Notes under the pieces: model-generated | Databases searched by the model: none | The model's input: only the letters and a program-made list of their open reading frames with translations | What the model was told of the DNA's origin: nothing | In this document: piece after piece, positions 49,544 to 60,177 of the stretch | Layout: each line of letters opens with the position of its first letter | How positions within the stretch are numbered: position 1 is the stretch's first letter | Position numbers and translations under genes: made by a program | DNA from: an uncultured Veillonellaceae bacterium | Lineage (GTDB): Bacteria; Bacillota; Negativicutes; JARBTT01 | Assembly (NCBI GenBank): GCA_963805085.1 | Contig: CAWDTA010000002.1 | Coordinates: 416,001 to 480,000, forward strand | Direction of reading: 5' to 3' | DNA: 64,000 nucleotides

Positions 49544-51439
49544 TTATTTTGCATTTAGTTTTCGCCACAATGTCGTACGATGAATTCCTAAGCGTATTGC
49601 CGCACGTCCATAATTAAAGTTCTCTTCCTCTAAAACTCGCCGCAAAGTATTTTTTTCTATTTCTGCCAAATTATCTTTAGCACTATTCTCATTTCTTTGT
49701 TCTTCCTTTATTTCTATTTCTTGCTCTTCCTCATCGCGCGCTTCAATAATATCTTGTTTTGTTATCATCGGTCCATCACTGAGTAGCATCACACGCTCTA
49801 TCGTATTCGCAAGTTGTCTAATATTACCCGGCCAAGCGCATTTTTTCAAATATTCTCTTGCTTCTATACTAATACCAGTAATCTGTGAATTAACTGCATG
49901 CATTTGTTTTACTATTTTTTTTGCCAAAAGTGGAATATCATCTGCTCTTTCCTGTAATGTCGGCATATGAATTCTCAAGATATTCAAGCGATAATAAAGA
50001 TCTTGACGAAATTGCTTTTCTTCCACCATTTTGGCTAAATTCTGATTGGTAGCTGCAATAATTCTAACATCAACGGGAATCACGCTATCTCCACCTAAAT
50101 GCATCACTGCTTTTTCCTGCAATACTCTAAGAAGTCTCGATTGGAGTGCCATTGGCATTTCCCCAATTTCATCAAGAAAAATCGTTCCCCCATGTGCAAG
50201 CTCAAACAAGCCCTGCCTGCCACCTCGCTTGGCACCAGTAAACGCCCCTTCGGCGTAACCAAACAATTCACTCTCTAATAAATTTTCTGGCAATGCTGCA
50301 CAATTCACGGCAACAAACGGTCCATTAGAACGCGTGCTTATATTATGAATACTCTGTACGAGCATTTCCTTACCAGTACCAGATTCACCAGTGATTAATA
50401 TCGTCGACTGCGTCAATGCATACTTCGTAGCCTTGCGCTTCATCGCCGTACAAACTGGCGAAGTTCCTACGATATCTTCCATTTTCACACGGGCAATAAG
50501 CCCTTTTGCATGCAATTTTTTACGCACATTTTGTTCTAATTGTTGTAATTGTGATACATTTTGGAAGGTATAGATATTACCGATTGTTTCATCTTTTACC
50601 TTAATTCGGCTTTCTTTTACGGTTAATGTTTTATCCCCAATTTTTTGCACATCGTCTTCTACATTTTTTTTTGAAATCAACAGCTCGGGAATCACCTTTT
50701 TCAAAGAGTGTCCCATCACTTCTAAATGAGATAGTTTAAACATTTTTTCTGCCATCGGATTGAAAATTGTAATTTTAGCCTCCGGATCTGTGGCGATGAT
50801 CCCTTCGGCAGACTGGTCAATTACCGTGCGAAGTAGTTCTGATTTTTCTTGTTCTTCGCGACGAATCCGCGCAATAAGTTCCGCTTCCTTCATCGCTTTA
50901 TAAATAGCTTCACGCCCTGAATGAATCAACGCACCTGGTATTCCTAAATTCGTTGCAATTTTTGTTGAAATCGCATCCCCGACGATAAGTTCTACACCAT
51001 TTTTTATCGCAGTTTCAATTTTTTCCGCCGCTTCCGCTTCATCTCGCAGAGTAATTTCGCAAAACGTAATGCCAAGTAGTTTCGCCAAATCTTCACAACC
51101 ATAGATCACATTTTCAAAACCAGCAATTCCTACTTTTTCAGGATATTTACCATTTTTCATCATTGCTCGCAAAATATCGATGACTGTAACTTGAATTGGT
51201 ACAATCGGAATATTCACATTTTTTTCGATTAAAGTTGCTGTACCACCGCGACTGATGATAACCTCTACCCCATCTTCGACTTCCTGTTTTACCATTGCAA
51301 TACACTCTTGCAAATCACCTTTTACAATTTTAATGTGTTCAGCAGAATCAGCAAATTGTTCTTTTACAACTTTTTCTGCCGCTTCAACCAAATCGGTAAA
51401 AGGTGCTACAAATAGAATCCTTGCATCCACACGAATCAC
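49544..51439 (-). CDS. Sigma54-dependent activator (PrpR-N, PAS, AAA+, Fis HTH)
   Basis: IISRGGTA, GESGTGKE, GAFTGA, LDEIGE, WPGNIRQL, LGIHRTTLWRKL. Confidence 0.92.
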   Translation of the reverse strand: MIRVDARILFVAPFTDLVEAAEKVVKEQFADSAEHIKIVKGDLQECIAMVKQEVEDGVEVIISRGGTATLIEKNVNIPIVPIQVTVIDILRAMMKNGKYPEKVGIAGFENVIYGCEDLAKLLGITFCEITLRDEAEAAEKIETAIKNGVELIVGDAISTKIATNLGIPGALIHSGREAIYKAMKEAELIARIRREEQEKSELLRTVIDQSAEGIIATDPEAKITIFNPMAEKMFKLSHLEVMGHSLKKVIPELLISKKNVEDDVQKIGDKTLTVKESRIKVKDETIGNIYTFQNVSQLQQLEQNVRKKLHAKGLIARVKMEDIVGTSPVCTAMKRKATKYALTQSTILITGESGTGKEMLVQSIHNISTRSNGPFVAVNCAALPENLLESELFGYAEGAFTGAKRGGRQGLFELAHGGTIFLDEIGEMPMALQSRLLRVLQEKAVMHLGGDSVIPVDVRIIAATNQNLAKMVEEKQFRQDLYYRLNILRIHMPTLQERADDIPLLAKKIVKQMHAVNSQITGISIEAREYLKKCAWPGNIRQLANTIERVMLLSDGPMITKQDIIEARDEEEQEIEIKEEQRNENSAKDNLAEIEKNTLRRVLEEENFNYGRAAIRLGIHRTTLWRKLNAK

Positions 51440-51629
51440 CTCTATTTAAAAATGAATTCATTGTTTTTTCATCATACTAAAATTCATTCTACCACAAATA
51501 CAATAAAATTTTTAACAATTCAATTTGACTGTGTAAAAAAAACAGGAGTTCAAACCTTCTAACTAAAGGGTTGAACTCCTATTTTATCGCGCATTTTCAT
51601 TACGCAAACTGCAGTTTTCTTCTATAGTA

Positions 51630-53216
51630 TTATATAGCGTAAAAATTTACTAATTTAGCACCAAATATTCCGTCAATCGCAATGACTTCATTTAAGATAT
51701 TGCTTGGAATATCATTATCTACGGTAAGTACCATAATATTTGTTCCAGATACATCTGTTTTACCAACTTGCATTCCGGAGATGTTGATACCAGCAGCACC
51801 CATTAACGAACCCACTTTACCGATGATACCAGGGCAATTGATATGTGGGCAAATTAAGATTCTTGCATGTGGATCAACGTCTACTCTGTAATCATTGATC
51901 GCTACGATACGAGCATCTTCACCAAATAGTGTACCTTGAATCGTAATCACTTGATCTTTTTTTGCTGTAATGCGAACGGTAAGTAGATTCGCAAAGTTTT
52001 CTGATTCTTTATTTTTTACTTCTTTTACTTTAATACTACGAGATTTTGCAATAGCAGGCGCATTTACATAGTTTACAACGTCTTGCAGAATCGGATTTAA
52101 GATTCCTTTTAATACTGCAGTTGTCACCATTTTTGTGTCTAATTCAGAAATTTCACCGTTGTATGCTACTTCGACTTCACTGATCGCGCCATCTGCTAAA
52201 GAGCGCGCTGTACACCCCATTCGTTCAGCAAGCGTAAAATAAGGTTTGATCATTTTCATCACTTGCGCAGAAACTGGAGCCATATTGACTGCCGTTAAAA
52301 CAGGTTCGCCTTTTAACGCTGCGACAACACCGTGGGCAACATCAACCGCTACACCAACTTGCGCTTCTACTGTCGATGCACCAAGATGAGGCGTTAATAC
52401 GATGTTTTTCACACCAACTAATGGATGATCAAGACCAAGTGGTTCACTCGTAAACACGTCAATTGCAGCGCCGGCTACAACGCCTTCTTTCAACGCTTTA
52501 GCAAGATCTGCTTCATCAATGATTCCACCACGTGCACAGTTAACCAAACGAACACCTTTTTTCATTTTACCCATAACTTCTTTATTGATCATACCCTTGG
52601 TTTGTTGGTTAAGTGGCATATGAACCGTAATAAAGTCTGCTTTTTCATAAATTTCATCTAAAGAAACAACCTCGATACCCATACTTTTTGCTCGTTCTTC
52701 ATTAACATATGGATCATAACCAATAACATTCATATCAAAAGCAATTGCACGTGTCGCAACACCGCTACCAATACGACCTAAACCGATAACGCCAAGTGTT
52801 TTGCCCCGTAATTCTACCCCAACATATTTATTACGGTTCCATTCTCCTTGTTGCATTGTTTCATTGGCAATAGGAATATTTCTCGACATTGCCAGCATCA
52901 TTGCCATGGTGTGCTCCGTTGCCGCAATGGTATTTCCTTCTGGCGCATTGAGCACAATAACTCCCTTATCGGTTGCAGCCTGCACATCAATATTATCTAC
53001 GCCAACACCAGCGCGACCAATTACTTTTAAATTTTTAGCAACTGCTAAAACTTCTTTGGTTACCTTACTGGCACTACGTATAATTAAACCATCAAATTGA
53101 GGGATGATTTCCAACAATTCTTCGGCCGGTAATTTAGGTTTTACAACAACTTCAAACTCCTTACTTAAAATATCAATACCTTTTTGGGATACACCATCAG
53201 CAATTAAAACTTTCAT
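51630..53216 (-). CDS. serA: D-3-phosphoglycerate dehydrogenase
   Basis: RAGVGVDNID, NAPEGNT, GLGRIG, TPHLGAST.EAQ, ASB and ACT domains; Ser T-box leader. Confidence 0.95.
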   Translation of the reverse strand: MKVLIADGVSQKGIDILSKEFEVVVKPKLPAEELLEIIPQFDGLIIRSASKVTKEVLAVAKNLKVIGRAGVGVDNIDVQAATDKGVIVLNAPEGNTIAATEHTMAMMLAMSRNIPIANETMQQGEWNRNKYVGVELRGKTLGVIGLGRIGSGVATRAIAFDMNVIGYDPYVNEERAKSMGIEVVSLDEIYEKADFITVHMPLNQQTKGMINKEVMGKMKKGVRLVNCARGGIIDEADLAKALKEGVVAGAAIDVFTSEPLGLDHPLVGVKNIVLTPHLGASTVEAQVGVAVDVAHGVVAALKGEPVLTAVNMAPVSAQVMKMIKPYFTLAERMGCTARSLADGAISEVEVAYNGEISELDTKMVTTAVLKGILNPILQDVVNYVNAPAIAKSRSIKVKEVKNKESENFANLLTVRITAKKDQVITIQGTLFGEDARIVAINDYRVDVDPHARILICPHINCPGIIGKVGSLMGAAGINISGMQVGKTDVSGTNIMVLTVDNDIPSNILNEVIAIDGIFGAKLVNFYAI

Positions 53217-53282
53217 CAATCATTCTCTCCTTTTTATTTTAAAATGTTAAATTTTGTGCAAACTATGCATAAACAGACAAAA

Positions 53283-53503
53283 TAAAAAAGTTTCGCCCCA
53301 AAATCAATTGGGGCGAAACTTATAGTTCGCGGTACCACCCAGTTTGAGCGCTTTCGCGCCAACTCTAGTTCGCTGTATCGGGCGATCCCGTCATAATTCA
53401 TCATTAGCCATTCTAGGGTGGAACAAATTATCTTTTCTATCGACTTGCAGCAACCGTCGACTCTCTAAAAGACGAAAATAACTCGATTCCCTATCATCAT
53501 GTT
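53283..53503 (-). ncRNA. T-box riboswitch with Ser (UCC) specifier
   Basis: AGAGAG..GGTTGCTGCAAG stem I; specifier TCC (53420-53422); T-box AACTGGGTGGTACCGCG; terminator AAGTTTCGCCCCA..TGGGGCGAAACTTTTTT. Confidence 0.92.
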
Positions 53504-53555
53504 TTTATCAGCCTGTTTACAGGTCAATTTTTAATTTGTCATATTACTCTAGTAA

Positions 53556-53649
53556 ATTATATTTTATCCGTCATCAAACGTCAAGTGTATTTCACAAAAA
53601 AACATTTTTAAAATTTTTCTTGACGTTTAGCGAAATTCAGCGTTAGAAT
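53556..53649. promoter_or_regulatory. Back-to-back sigmaA promoters for serA and serC
   Basis: Minus strand TTGACG-17-TATAAT (53584-53556); plus strand TTGACG-18-TAGAAT (53620-53649). Confidence 0.6.
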
Positions 53650-53727
53650 ATAACACAATCACCTAATAAATGATCCAGCACCCAAATAGCTGGAAAATAA
53701 TAAAATAAATTTTTGGAGGCTATTATC

Positions 53728-54816
53728 TTGGAAAATCGTATTTTTAACTTCAATGCAGGTCCTGCCGTATTACCACTTGACGTACTAAGAGAAGCACAAG
53801 CTGAATTATTAAACTTCAAAAACAGCGGTATGTCAATTATGGAAATCAGTCATCGTTCCAAGCCTTATGAAGAAGTACACAACAACGCCATCAGAACAGT
53901 AAAAGAACTCATGGGACTTGGCGATGAGTACGAGGTATTATTCATCCAAGGCGGCGGAAGCATGCAATTTGATATGATTCCGATGAATTTCTTAACTGAG
54001 GGCAAAGTTGGCAACTATGTTGTTTCTGGTTCCTTCGCGAAAAAAGCACTAAAAGAAGGTAAATTAATTGGTGCTACCCACGTTGCTGCAACCAGTGAAG
54101 ACGAGAATTTCAATTACATTCCAAAAGCCGAAGATATCAAATTAAGCGAAAATGCCGCTTATCTTCATCTCTGTTACAACAACACTATTTTCGGAACAGA
54201 ATGGAACTACATTCCTGAAACCAACGGTGTGCCTTTAATCGCCGATATGTCTTCTGATATACTTTCCAGACCAATAGATTTCTCTAAATTTGACATGATT
54301 TACGCAGGTGTTCAAAAAAATCTTGGTCCAGCTGGCGTATGCATTGTCGTCATTCGTAAATCTATGCTGGAAAACCTACCAGAAGGTCTACCTACAATGC
54401 TTCGTTATGATACGTACTCCCAAAATAATTCCCTATACAATACCCCACCAGCTTTCAGTATCTATATCGTAGGCAAAGTTGTCAACTGGATCAAAAATAA
54501 CGGCGGTTTAGTTGCCATGGAAAAACGAAATAAAGAAAAAGCAGCCATCGTTTATGATGCAATCGATAGCAGCAACGGCTTCTATCGTGGACATGCTCAA
54601 TTGGGCAGTCGTTCTAACATGAATGTGACTTTCCGTTTACCTAGTGAAGAATTAGAAAAACAATTCATCGCTGAAGCTACCGCTGATGGACTTGGTGGTT
54701 TAAAAGGACATCGCTCAGTAGGCGGACTTCGTGCTTCAATTTATAATGCAATGCCAAAAGAAGGCTGCCAAAAATTAGCGAACTTTATGGCAGAATTTCA
54801 ACGTAAAAACAGCTAA
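53728..54816 (+). CDS. serC: Phosphoserine aminotransferase
   Basis: FNFNAGPAVLP, EISHRS, DMSS, GVQKNLGPAG, NTPP, GHRSVGGLRASIYNA; TTG start after GGAGG. Confidence 0.96.
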   Translation: MENRIFNFNAGPAVLPLDVLREAQAELLNFKNSGMSIMEISHRSKPYEEVHNNAIRTVKELMGLGDEYEVLFIQGGGSMQFDMIPMNFLTEGKVGNYVVSGSFAKKALKEGKLIGATHVAATSEDENFNYIPKAEDIKLSENAAYLHLCYNNTIFGTEWNYIPETNGVPLIADMSSDILSRPIDFSKFDMIYAGVQKNLGPAGVCIVVIRKSMLENLPEGLPTMLRYDTYSQNNSLYNTPPAFSIYIVGKVVNWIKNNGGLVAMEKRNKEKAAIVYDAIDSSNGFYRGHAQLGSRSNMNVTFRLPSEELEKQFIAEATADGLGGLKGHRSVGGLRASIYNAMPKEGCQKLANFMAEFQRKNS

Positions 54817-54883
54817 ACTAATTAACATTATGTAAAGCAAATAGGATTATGACATTGTAATTTTGTCATAGTCCTATTCGTTT

Positions 54884-55111
54884 TTATCCGTCCCCTTCTT
54901 CGCAAAAATAGTGTGGAATAATATAATAGGGTATCGCGAGTCCTACAAGCATTCCCAGCCAAAAAGAGAATGTACTACCCATGATAAGCACAAATGCTAG
55001 GATAATGACAGCACCCCAAATCGTCCAATTACTCATACATTCATCAATCGTAAAATTTACCACTTCGGCAATTTCAGCGCGATCTAACTCTTGCACTTTT
55101 TTCACCTCCAC
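54884..55111 (-). CDS. Small hypothetical membrane protein (2 TM)
   Basis: Two hydrophobic segments; fills the gap between serC and the flavin reductase gene. Confidence 0.5.
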   Translation of the reverse strand: MEVKKVQELDRAEIAEVVNFTIDECMSNWTIWGAVIILAFVLIMGSTFSFWLGMLVGLAIPYYIIPHYFCEEGDG

Positions 55112-55237
55112 TATGAATCTATATTACATAATATGTTTGAAATTCCAGCATCGTACCATTCAAAGAATAATACATGCACAGTTTGATAAAATAGAGTATA
55201 ATGACTTTTAAGTTCATCTTAGGAGGTTATCAATTTT

Positions 55238-55741
55238 ATGATTAAAGAAATTACTTACTCTGATTACGCTACAAAAGCAGTTGAAATTTTAAGCAAAGGC
55301 GCATTCTTAAATACAGCAGCGGCTGGCAAAGACAATACCATGACAATTGCTTGGGGTTCTATCGGGTTCATGTGGGGAAAACCAGTACTAACCATCATGG
55401 TGAGAAAATCCCGTCATAGTTTTGAACTACTAGAAAAAAATCCTGAATTCACCGTAAGTATTCCAGTAAACGAGATGAAAGCGGCTCTTGGTATCTGCGG
55501 ATCTAAATCTGGTCGTGATACGGATAAATTCGCTGCCGCTGGGCTCGAAAAATTAGCTGGTCAAAAAGTTTCTACTCCATCAATCAAAGGCGCGGGCTTA
55601 CATTTCGAATGTAAAGTCGTTTACAAACAAGTCATGAGCACTGCTAACCTTGATCAAACGTTTGCCGACAAATGTTATTCCGACAACGATTGGCACACCC
55701 TCTACTACGGCGAAATCGTTTCGGCCTACGTCGAAGAATAA
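55238..55741 (+). CDS. Flavin reductase family protein (flavoredoxin-like)
   Basis: NTMTIAWG, VRKSRHS, CGSKSGRDTDK, HTLYYGEI. Confidence 0.88.
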   Translation: MIKEITYSDYATKAVEILSKGAFLNTAAAGKDNTMTIAWGSIGFMWGKPVLTIMVRKSRHSFELLEKNPEFTVSIPVNEMKAALGICGSKSGRDTDKFAAAGLEKLAGQKVSTPSIKGAGLHFECKVVYKQVMSTANLDQTFADKCYSDNDWHTLYYGEIVSAYVEE

Positions 55742-55810
55742 TTTACTAGCAATACAAAAACCACAATACACACGCATATTACTGTGTATTGTGGTTTTTT
55801 CTTTTAGGAA

Positions 55811-56713
55811 CTAAAAAGAGCACACTAATCCATTTTGCAAAAATACTTCGTGATATGCTACGAGATCCTCTTCGTGAAGTTGTTTTAGATTCTTACATTG
55901 ATATTCCTTGCCTAGCAAGGAATATTTTTTTTGGCCAAATTGATGAAATGGCAGTAAATTCACTTTCTTCGCTCCTATTTTTTTCAGTAAATCGCAAAAT
56001 CCTTGCGCATCCTTTAATGCATCGTTAATCCCTGGAATCACCGGGATACGAATCACAATTTCCTTCCCTTTTGCTAAAGCTAATTTTAAATTACGAAGAA
56101 TTGGCTCGTTCGATACTTTCGTTACTGCAACATGCTTTTCATTATCATAATGTTTGAGATCAAAGAGTATTAAATCGATGTGCTCGATCAAGCTAGTGAA
56201 TGTTCCTTCATCGGCATAGCCTGTCGTTTCACACGCTGTATGAATCTGTCTCGCTTGCAGTTCTTTTAATAATGCGATAGCAAACTCGGCTTGGTCTAAT
56301 ACCTCACCACCAGACAACGTAACACCACCACCAGATTCTTCATAGAAATCTATATCTTTCATGATTTCTTCTAAAACTTTTGTTAGGGTCATCAACTCCC
56401 CTTGTACTAAAAGCGCCCCCTGCGGACAAGCTTTTACGCATTGAAAACAGCCCACACAAATTTTTTCATCAAAAATCATTCTATCCTCAAGGTATTTAAC
56501 GGCACTCTGTTTACAAGCGTGTACACAACGCATACAACGGACACACTTTTCCTCTTCCCAAGCCGCTTGCTGCGAAACGCTTTGCGACTCGGGATTGGAG
56601 CACCATAAACAAGCTAAGGGACAGCCTTTAAAAAAGACTACCGTCCGAATTCCCGGCCCATCATTTAAACTAAATTTTTGTATATTGAAAATACACGCCT
56701 GTAAATTTTCCAT
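55811..56713 (-). CDS. ybiY: GRE activating enzyme (YbiY/PflE-like)
   Basis: DGPGIRTVVFFKGCPLACLWCSNPES, ferredoxin insert, LLPFHQFG; divergent from the ybiW unit. Confidence 0.85.
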   Translation of the reverse strand: MENLQACIFNIQKFSLNDGPGIRTVVFFKGCPLACLWCSNPESQSVSQQAAWEEEKCVRCMRCVHACKQSAVKYLEDRMIFDEKICVGCFQCVKACPQGALLVQGELMTLTKVLEEIMKDIDFYEESGGGVTLSGGEVLDQAEFAIALLKELQARQIHTACETTGYADEGTFTSLIEHIDLILFDLKHYDNEKHVAVTKVSNEPILRNLKLALAKGKEIVIRIPVIPGINDALKDAQGFCDLLKKIGAKKVNLLPFHQFGQKKYSLLGKEYQCKNLKQLHEEDLVAYHEVFLQNGLVCSF

Positions 56714-56799
56714 ACGACACCTCAACTCTTTTTTATTATTTCCATAATATCATGGAACTATATTTTTCAAAACATAATTATTCATTTAAAGCCGAAATG

Positions 56800-56888
56800 A
56801 GTTTCGAATGAAATTTTTTTATTGACTTTAACCGCGTATATTTTATAATATAACTATAAGTGAAGAGCTTTTATTTTCATTTGAAACT
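56800..56888. promoter_or_regulatory. Inverted operator pair flanking a sigmaA promoter
   Basis: AGTTTCGAATGAAA (56800) and TTTCATTTGAAACT (56875) flank TTGACT-16-TATAAT. Confidence 0.6.
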
Positions 56889-56950
56889 TATTTATTTTGT
56901 TTTAAAATGTCATTATGCTATAATAAAATTAAAATTTAATTGATATAGGA

Positions 56951-57718
56951 ATGATGATAATGCTAAACAGACATGCAAAGATACTTGATCTTGTAAATAC
57001 CAATAAAAAAATTGAAGTTACAAAGCTTGCTGAAGAAATCAAAATATCCCAAGTAACGATTCGTAAAGATTTGGATATGCTCGAAAAAATAGGCTTGTTA
57101 AAGCGTGAGCACGGTTTTGCTGTCATGGTTGCCAGTGACGATATCAATAACCATCTGGCTTTTAATTATAACCTAAAACGTGAAATTGCAACAAAAGCAG
57201 CGCAGCTTGTGAGCAATGGTGAGACGATTATCATTGAATCGGGAGCATCTTGCGCACTATTAGCAGAGGAAATTGCCCTGCATAAACATGATGTTACGAT
57301 CATTACCAATTCCGCTTTTATCGCTTCTTTCATCCGCAAAGCCCCTTTTGTAAAAATCGTATTACTAGGCGGCGATTATCAAAATGAATCTCAGGTCGTT
57401 GTCGGCCCGATGGTGAAAAAATGTATCGAAAATTTCTATGTGGATAAAATGTTTGTCGGCACTGATGGCTTTCATGAAAAAATTGGGTTCACTGGAAACA
57501 ATCATATGCGTGTAGAAACACTAAAGGCTATGGCAGAACAAGCAAATAAAATTATTATCCTTACAGAGTCGTCAAAATTTGTCCAACAAGGCGTTGTGGC
57601 GCAATTTAAGCCCAATGAAGTTAACTATGTCTTTACTGACAGTAATATTCCTGAGGAAACATTAAATTTTCTTCAAGCGCAGCACGTAGACGTGCAAACG
57701 GTAGATGTTGACGCTTAA
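56951..57718 (+). CDS. DeoR/GlpR regulator (YciT-like)
   Basis: SQVTIRKDL, REHGFA...SDDI, NYNLKREIA, ESGASCALLA, LLGGDYQ. Confidence 0.88.
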   Translation: MMIMLNRHAKILDLVNTNKKIEVTKLAEEIKISQVTIRKDLDMLEKIGLLKREHGFAVMVASDDINNHLAFNYNLKREIATKAAQLVSNGETIIIESGASCALLAEEIALHKHDVTIITNSAFIASFIRKAPFVKIVLLGGDYQNESQVVVGPMVKKCIENFYVDKMFVGTDGFHEKIGFTGNNHMRVETLKAMAEQANKIIILTESSKFVQQGVVAQFKPNEVNYVFTDSNIPEETLNFLQAQHVDVQTVDVDA

Positions 57719-57741
57719 TTCAAAAAGGAGGCGTTTTATCT

Positions 57742-60147
57742 ATGAGCCATTTCGGCGACCTCGCGCCCAGAATGAATAAATTACGTGAACAATTATTAAC
57801 TGCCCATCCCATGGTTTGTGCCGAAAGAGCTCTTCTTACCACCCAAAGTTACCAAGAGCATTTTGCTGAGCCACTCGCACTGCGCCGAGCTTACATGTTA
57901 GAAAATATTCTTAGCAACATGAGCATCTATATTGAACCAGAAACCATGCTAGCAGGTAACCAAGCAAGTTCTAATCGTTCTGCTCCGATCTTTCCTGAAT
58001 ATGCGATGGATTGGGTCATCGATGAATTAGATCAATTCGAGGAACGTGATGGGGACGTATTTTACATCACAGAGAAAACCAAAAAAGAGCTAAAAAGCAT
58101 TGCGCCGTTTTGGAAAAACAATACGCTCAAAGACCGTGGCTTGGCGGCGATGCCAGCCGCTAGTAAGGTGTTTTACGATTTGGGCATCATCAAAGCCGAA
58201 GGCAATATTACCTCCGGCGACGCTCATATCGCAGTTAATTATGAACGCGTACTAAAATATGGTTTAGTCGATGCCAAAGAACGCGCAATGAAAAAATTAA
58301 ACGAATTGGATTTAACCGATTACAAAAACTTAAAAAAATCTTACTTTTATCGCGCGATTGAAATTGTAGTAGATGCAGTTGCCACTTTTGCCAAGCGCTA
58401 TGCTGAACTGGCACGTAAACAAGCGGAAACAGAAACAAATGTCACCCGCAAAGCAGAATTGTTTGAAATGAGTCGCATCTTAAATAAAGTTCCTTATGAA
58501 CCAGCCGAAACCTTTCAAGAAGCTCTACAATCCACTTGGCTTGTGCATCTCGTTCTACAAATAGAATCCAATGGTCATTCACTATCTTACGGACGTGCCG
58601 ACCAATTCTTATATCTCTACTATAAAAACGATTTAGCCACAGGTAAAATTACTGAAGATATCGCTTGCGAACTCTTAACCAATCTTTGGTTGAAAACCTT
58701 CACCATCAATAAAATCCGTAGCTGGTCACACACGAAATTCAGTGCTGGCAGTCCGCTTTATCAAAATGTTACCATCGGCGGTCAAACGACGGATAAAAGA
58801 GATGCTGTAAATCCTTTATCTTATCTCATCCTTCGCTCTGTTGCCCAAACAAAATTACCGCAACCAAACCTAACCGTTCGTTATCATCGCGGCCTAGATG
58901 ATCGCTTTATGCAAGAATGCATTGAAGTTGTCCGCCTCGGCACAGGTATGCCAGCCTTCAACAGCGATGAAATCATCATCCCTTCATTCATCGAAAAAGG
59001 AGTAGCCGAAGAGGATGCTTACAACTATAGCGCTATCGGCTGCGTAGAAGTTGCCGTCCCTGGCAAATGGGGTTACCGCTGCACTGGCATGAGTTTCTTG
59101 AACTTTCCAAAATCGTTAATGATTGCGTTAAATAATGGGACTGATCTTGATTCTGGTACTAAAGTTTGCGAAGGGGTTGGCCACTTTAAAACGATGACTT
59201 CTTTCCAGGACGTTATGGCAGCTTGGGATAAGATTATTCGTGAATTTACTCGTCACAGTGTAATTATTGACACTTGCTGCGATATGGTGCTTGAGCAAGA
59301 TACCACCGATATTCTTTGTTCTGCCCTCACCGATGACTGTATTGAGCGCGGGCTAAACCTAAAAGAAGGTGGTGCTGTCTATGACTTCATCAGCGATTTA
59401 CAAGTAGGAATCGCCAACCTCGGTGACTCGCTAGCTGCGATTAAAAAATGCGTATTTGAAGACAAACGCTTTACTACGACTGAACTTTGGGATGCCTTAG
59501 TGAACGACTTTGCTGGCGAAAACGGCCAACGCATACAAAACGTTCTGCTAAACGAGGTTCCCAAATACGGCAATGATGAAGACTATATTGACCTATTGAT
59601 TAGAGAAGCCTATGACATCTACATTGACGAAATCAGCAAATATCACAACACACGTTATGGGCGTGGCCCGATTGGCGGCACTTATTATGCTGGCACTTCC
59701 TCCATTTCAGCTAATGTGCCCCAAGGGGCTTCCACACCGGCTACTCCAGACGGCAGAAATGCCCATACGCCACTCGCCGAAGGTTGCTCCCCATCACATG
59801 CCATGGATAAAAACGGTCCAACGGCCGTATTTAAATCCGTTGCTAAATTACCAACGGACAAAATCACCGGAGGCGTACTACTCAATCAAAAAATAACACC
59901 ACAAATTCTTGCTAAAGAAGAAAACCGCAAGAAATTAATCATGCTATTGCGAACATTTTTTAACCGTTTAAAGGGCTTCCACGTGCAATACAACGTCGTA
60001 TCTCGAGAAACACTACTAGATGCTCAACTTCATCCAGAAAAGCATCGTGATTTAATCGTCCGCGTCGCTGGTTACAGTGCCTTCTTTAATGTGCTATCGA
60101 AAGAAACGCAAGATGATATCATCGAACGCACTGAACACATTTTATAA
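57742..60147 (+). CDS. ybiW: Glycyl radical enzyme YbiW/PflF (anhydro-alditol-6-phosphate isomerase type)
   Basis: EGNITSGDAHIAV, ESNGHSLSYGR, SAGSPLYQNVTIGG, AIGCVEVAVPGKWGYRCTGMS, VRVAGYSAFF; followed by fsa. Confidence 0.88.
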   Translation: MSHFGDLAPRMNKLREQLLTAHPMVCAERALLTTQSYQEHFAEPLALRRAYMLENILSNMSIYIEPETMLAGNQASSNRSAPIFPEYAMDWVIDELDQFEERDGDVFYITEKTKKELKSIAPFWKNNTLKDRGLAAMPAASKVFYDLGIIKAEGNITSGDAHIAVNYERVLKYGLVDAKERAMKKLNELDLTDYKNLKKSYFYRAIEIVVDAVATFAKRYAELARKQAETETNVTRKAELFEMSRILNKVPYEPAETFQEALQSTWLVHLVLQIESNGHSLSYGRADQFLYLYYKNDLATGKITEDIACELLTNLWLKTFTINKIRSWSHTKFSAGSPLYQNVTIGGQTTDKRDAVNPLSYLILRSVAQTKLPQPNLTVRYHRGLDDRFMQECIEVVRLGTGMPAFNSDEIIIPSFIEKGVAEEDAYNYSAIGCVEVAVPGKWGYRCTGMSFLNFPKSLMIALNNGTDLDSGTKVCEGVGHFKTMTSFQDVMAAWDKIIREFTRHSVIIDTCCDMVLEQDTTDILCSALTDDCIERGLNLKEGGAVYDFISDLQVGIANLGDSLAAIKKCVFEDKRFTTTELWDALVNDFAGENGQRIQNVLLNEVPKYGNDEDYIDLLIREAYDIYIDEISKYHNTRYGRGPIGGTYYAGTSSISANVPQGASTPATPDGRNAHTPLAEGCSPSHAMDKNGPTAVFKSVAKLPTDKITGGVLLNQKITPQILAKEENRKKLIMLLRTFFNRLKGFHVQYNVVSRETLLDAQLHPEKHRDLIVRVAGYSAFFNVLSKETQDDIIERTEHIL

Positions 60148-60177
60148 AAAATTTAAACTTGATTGGAGATTATGAAC

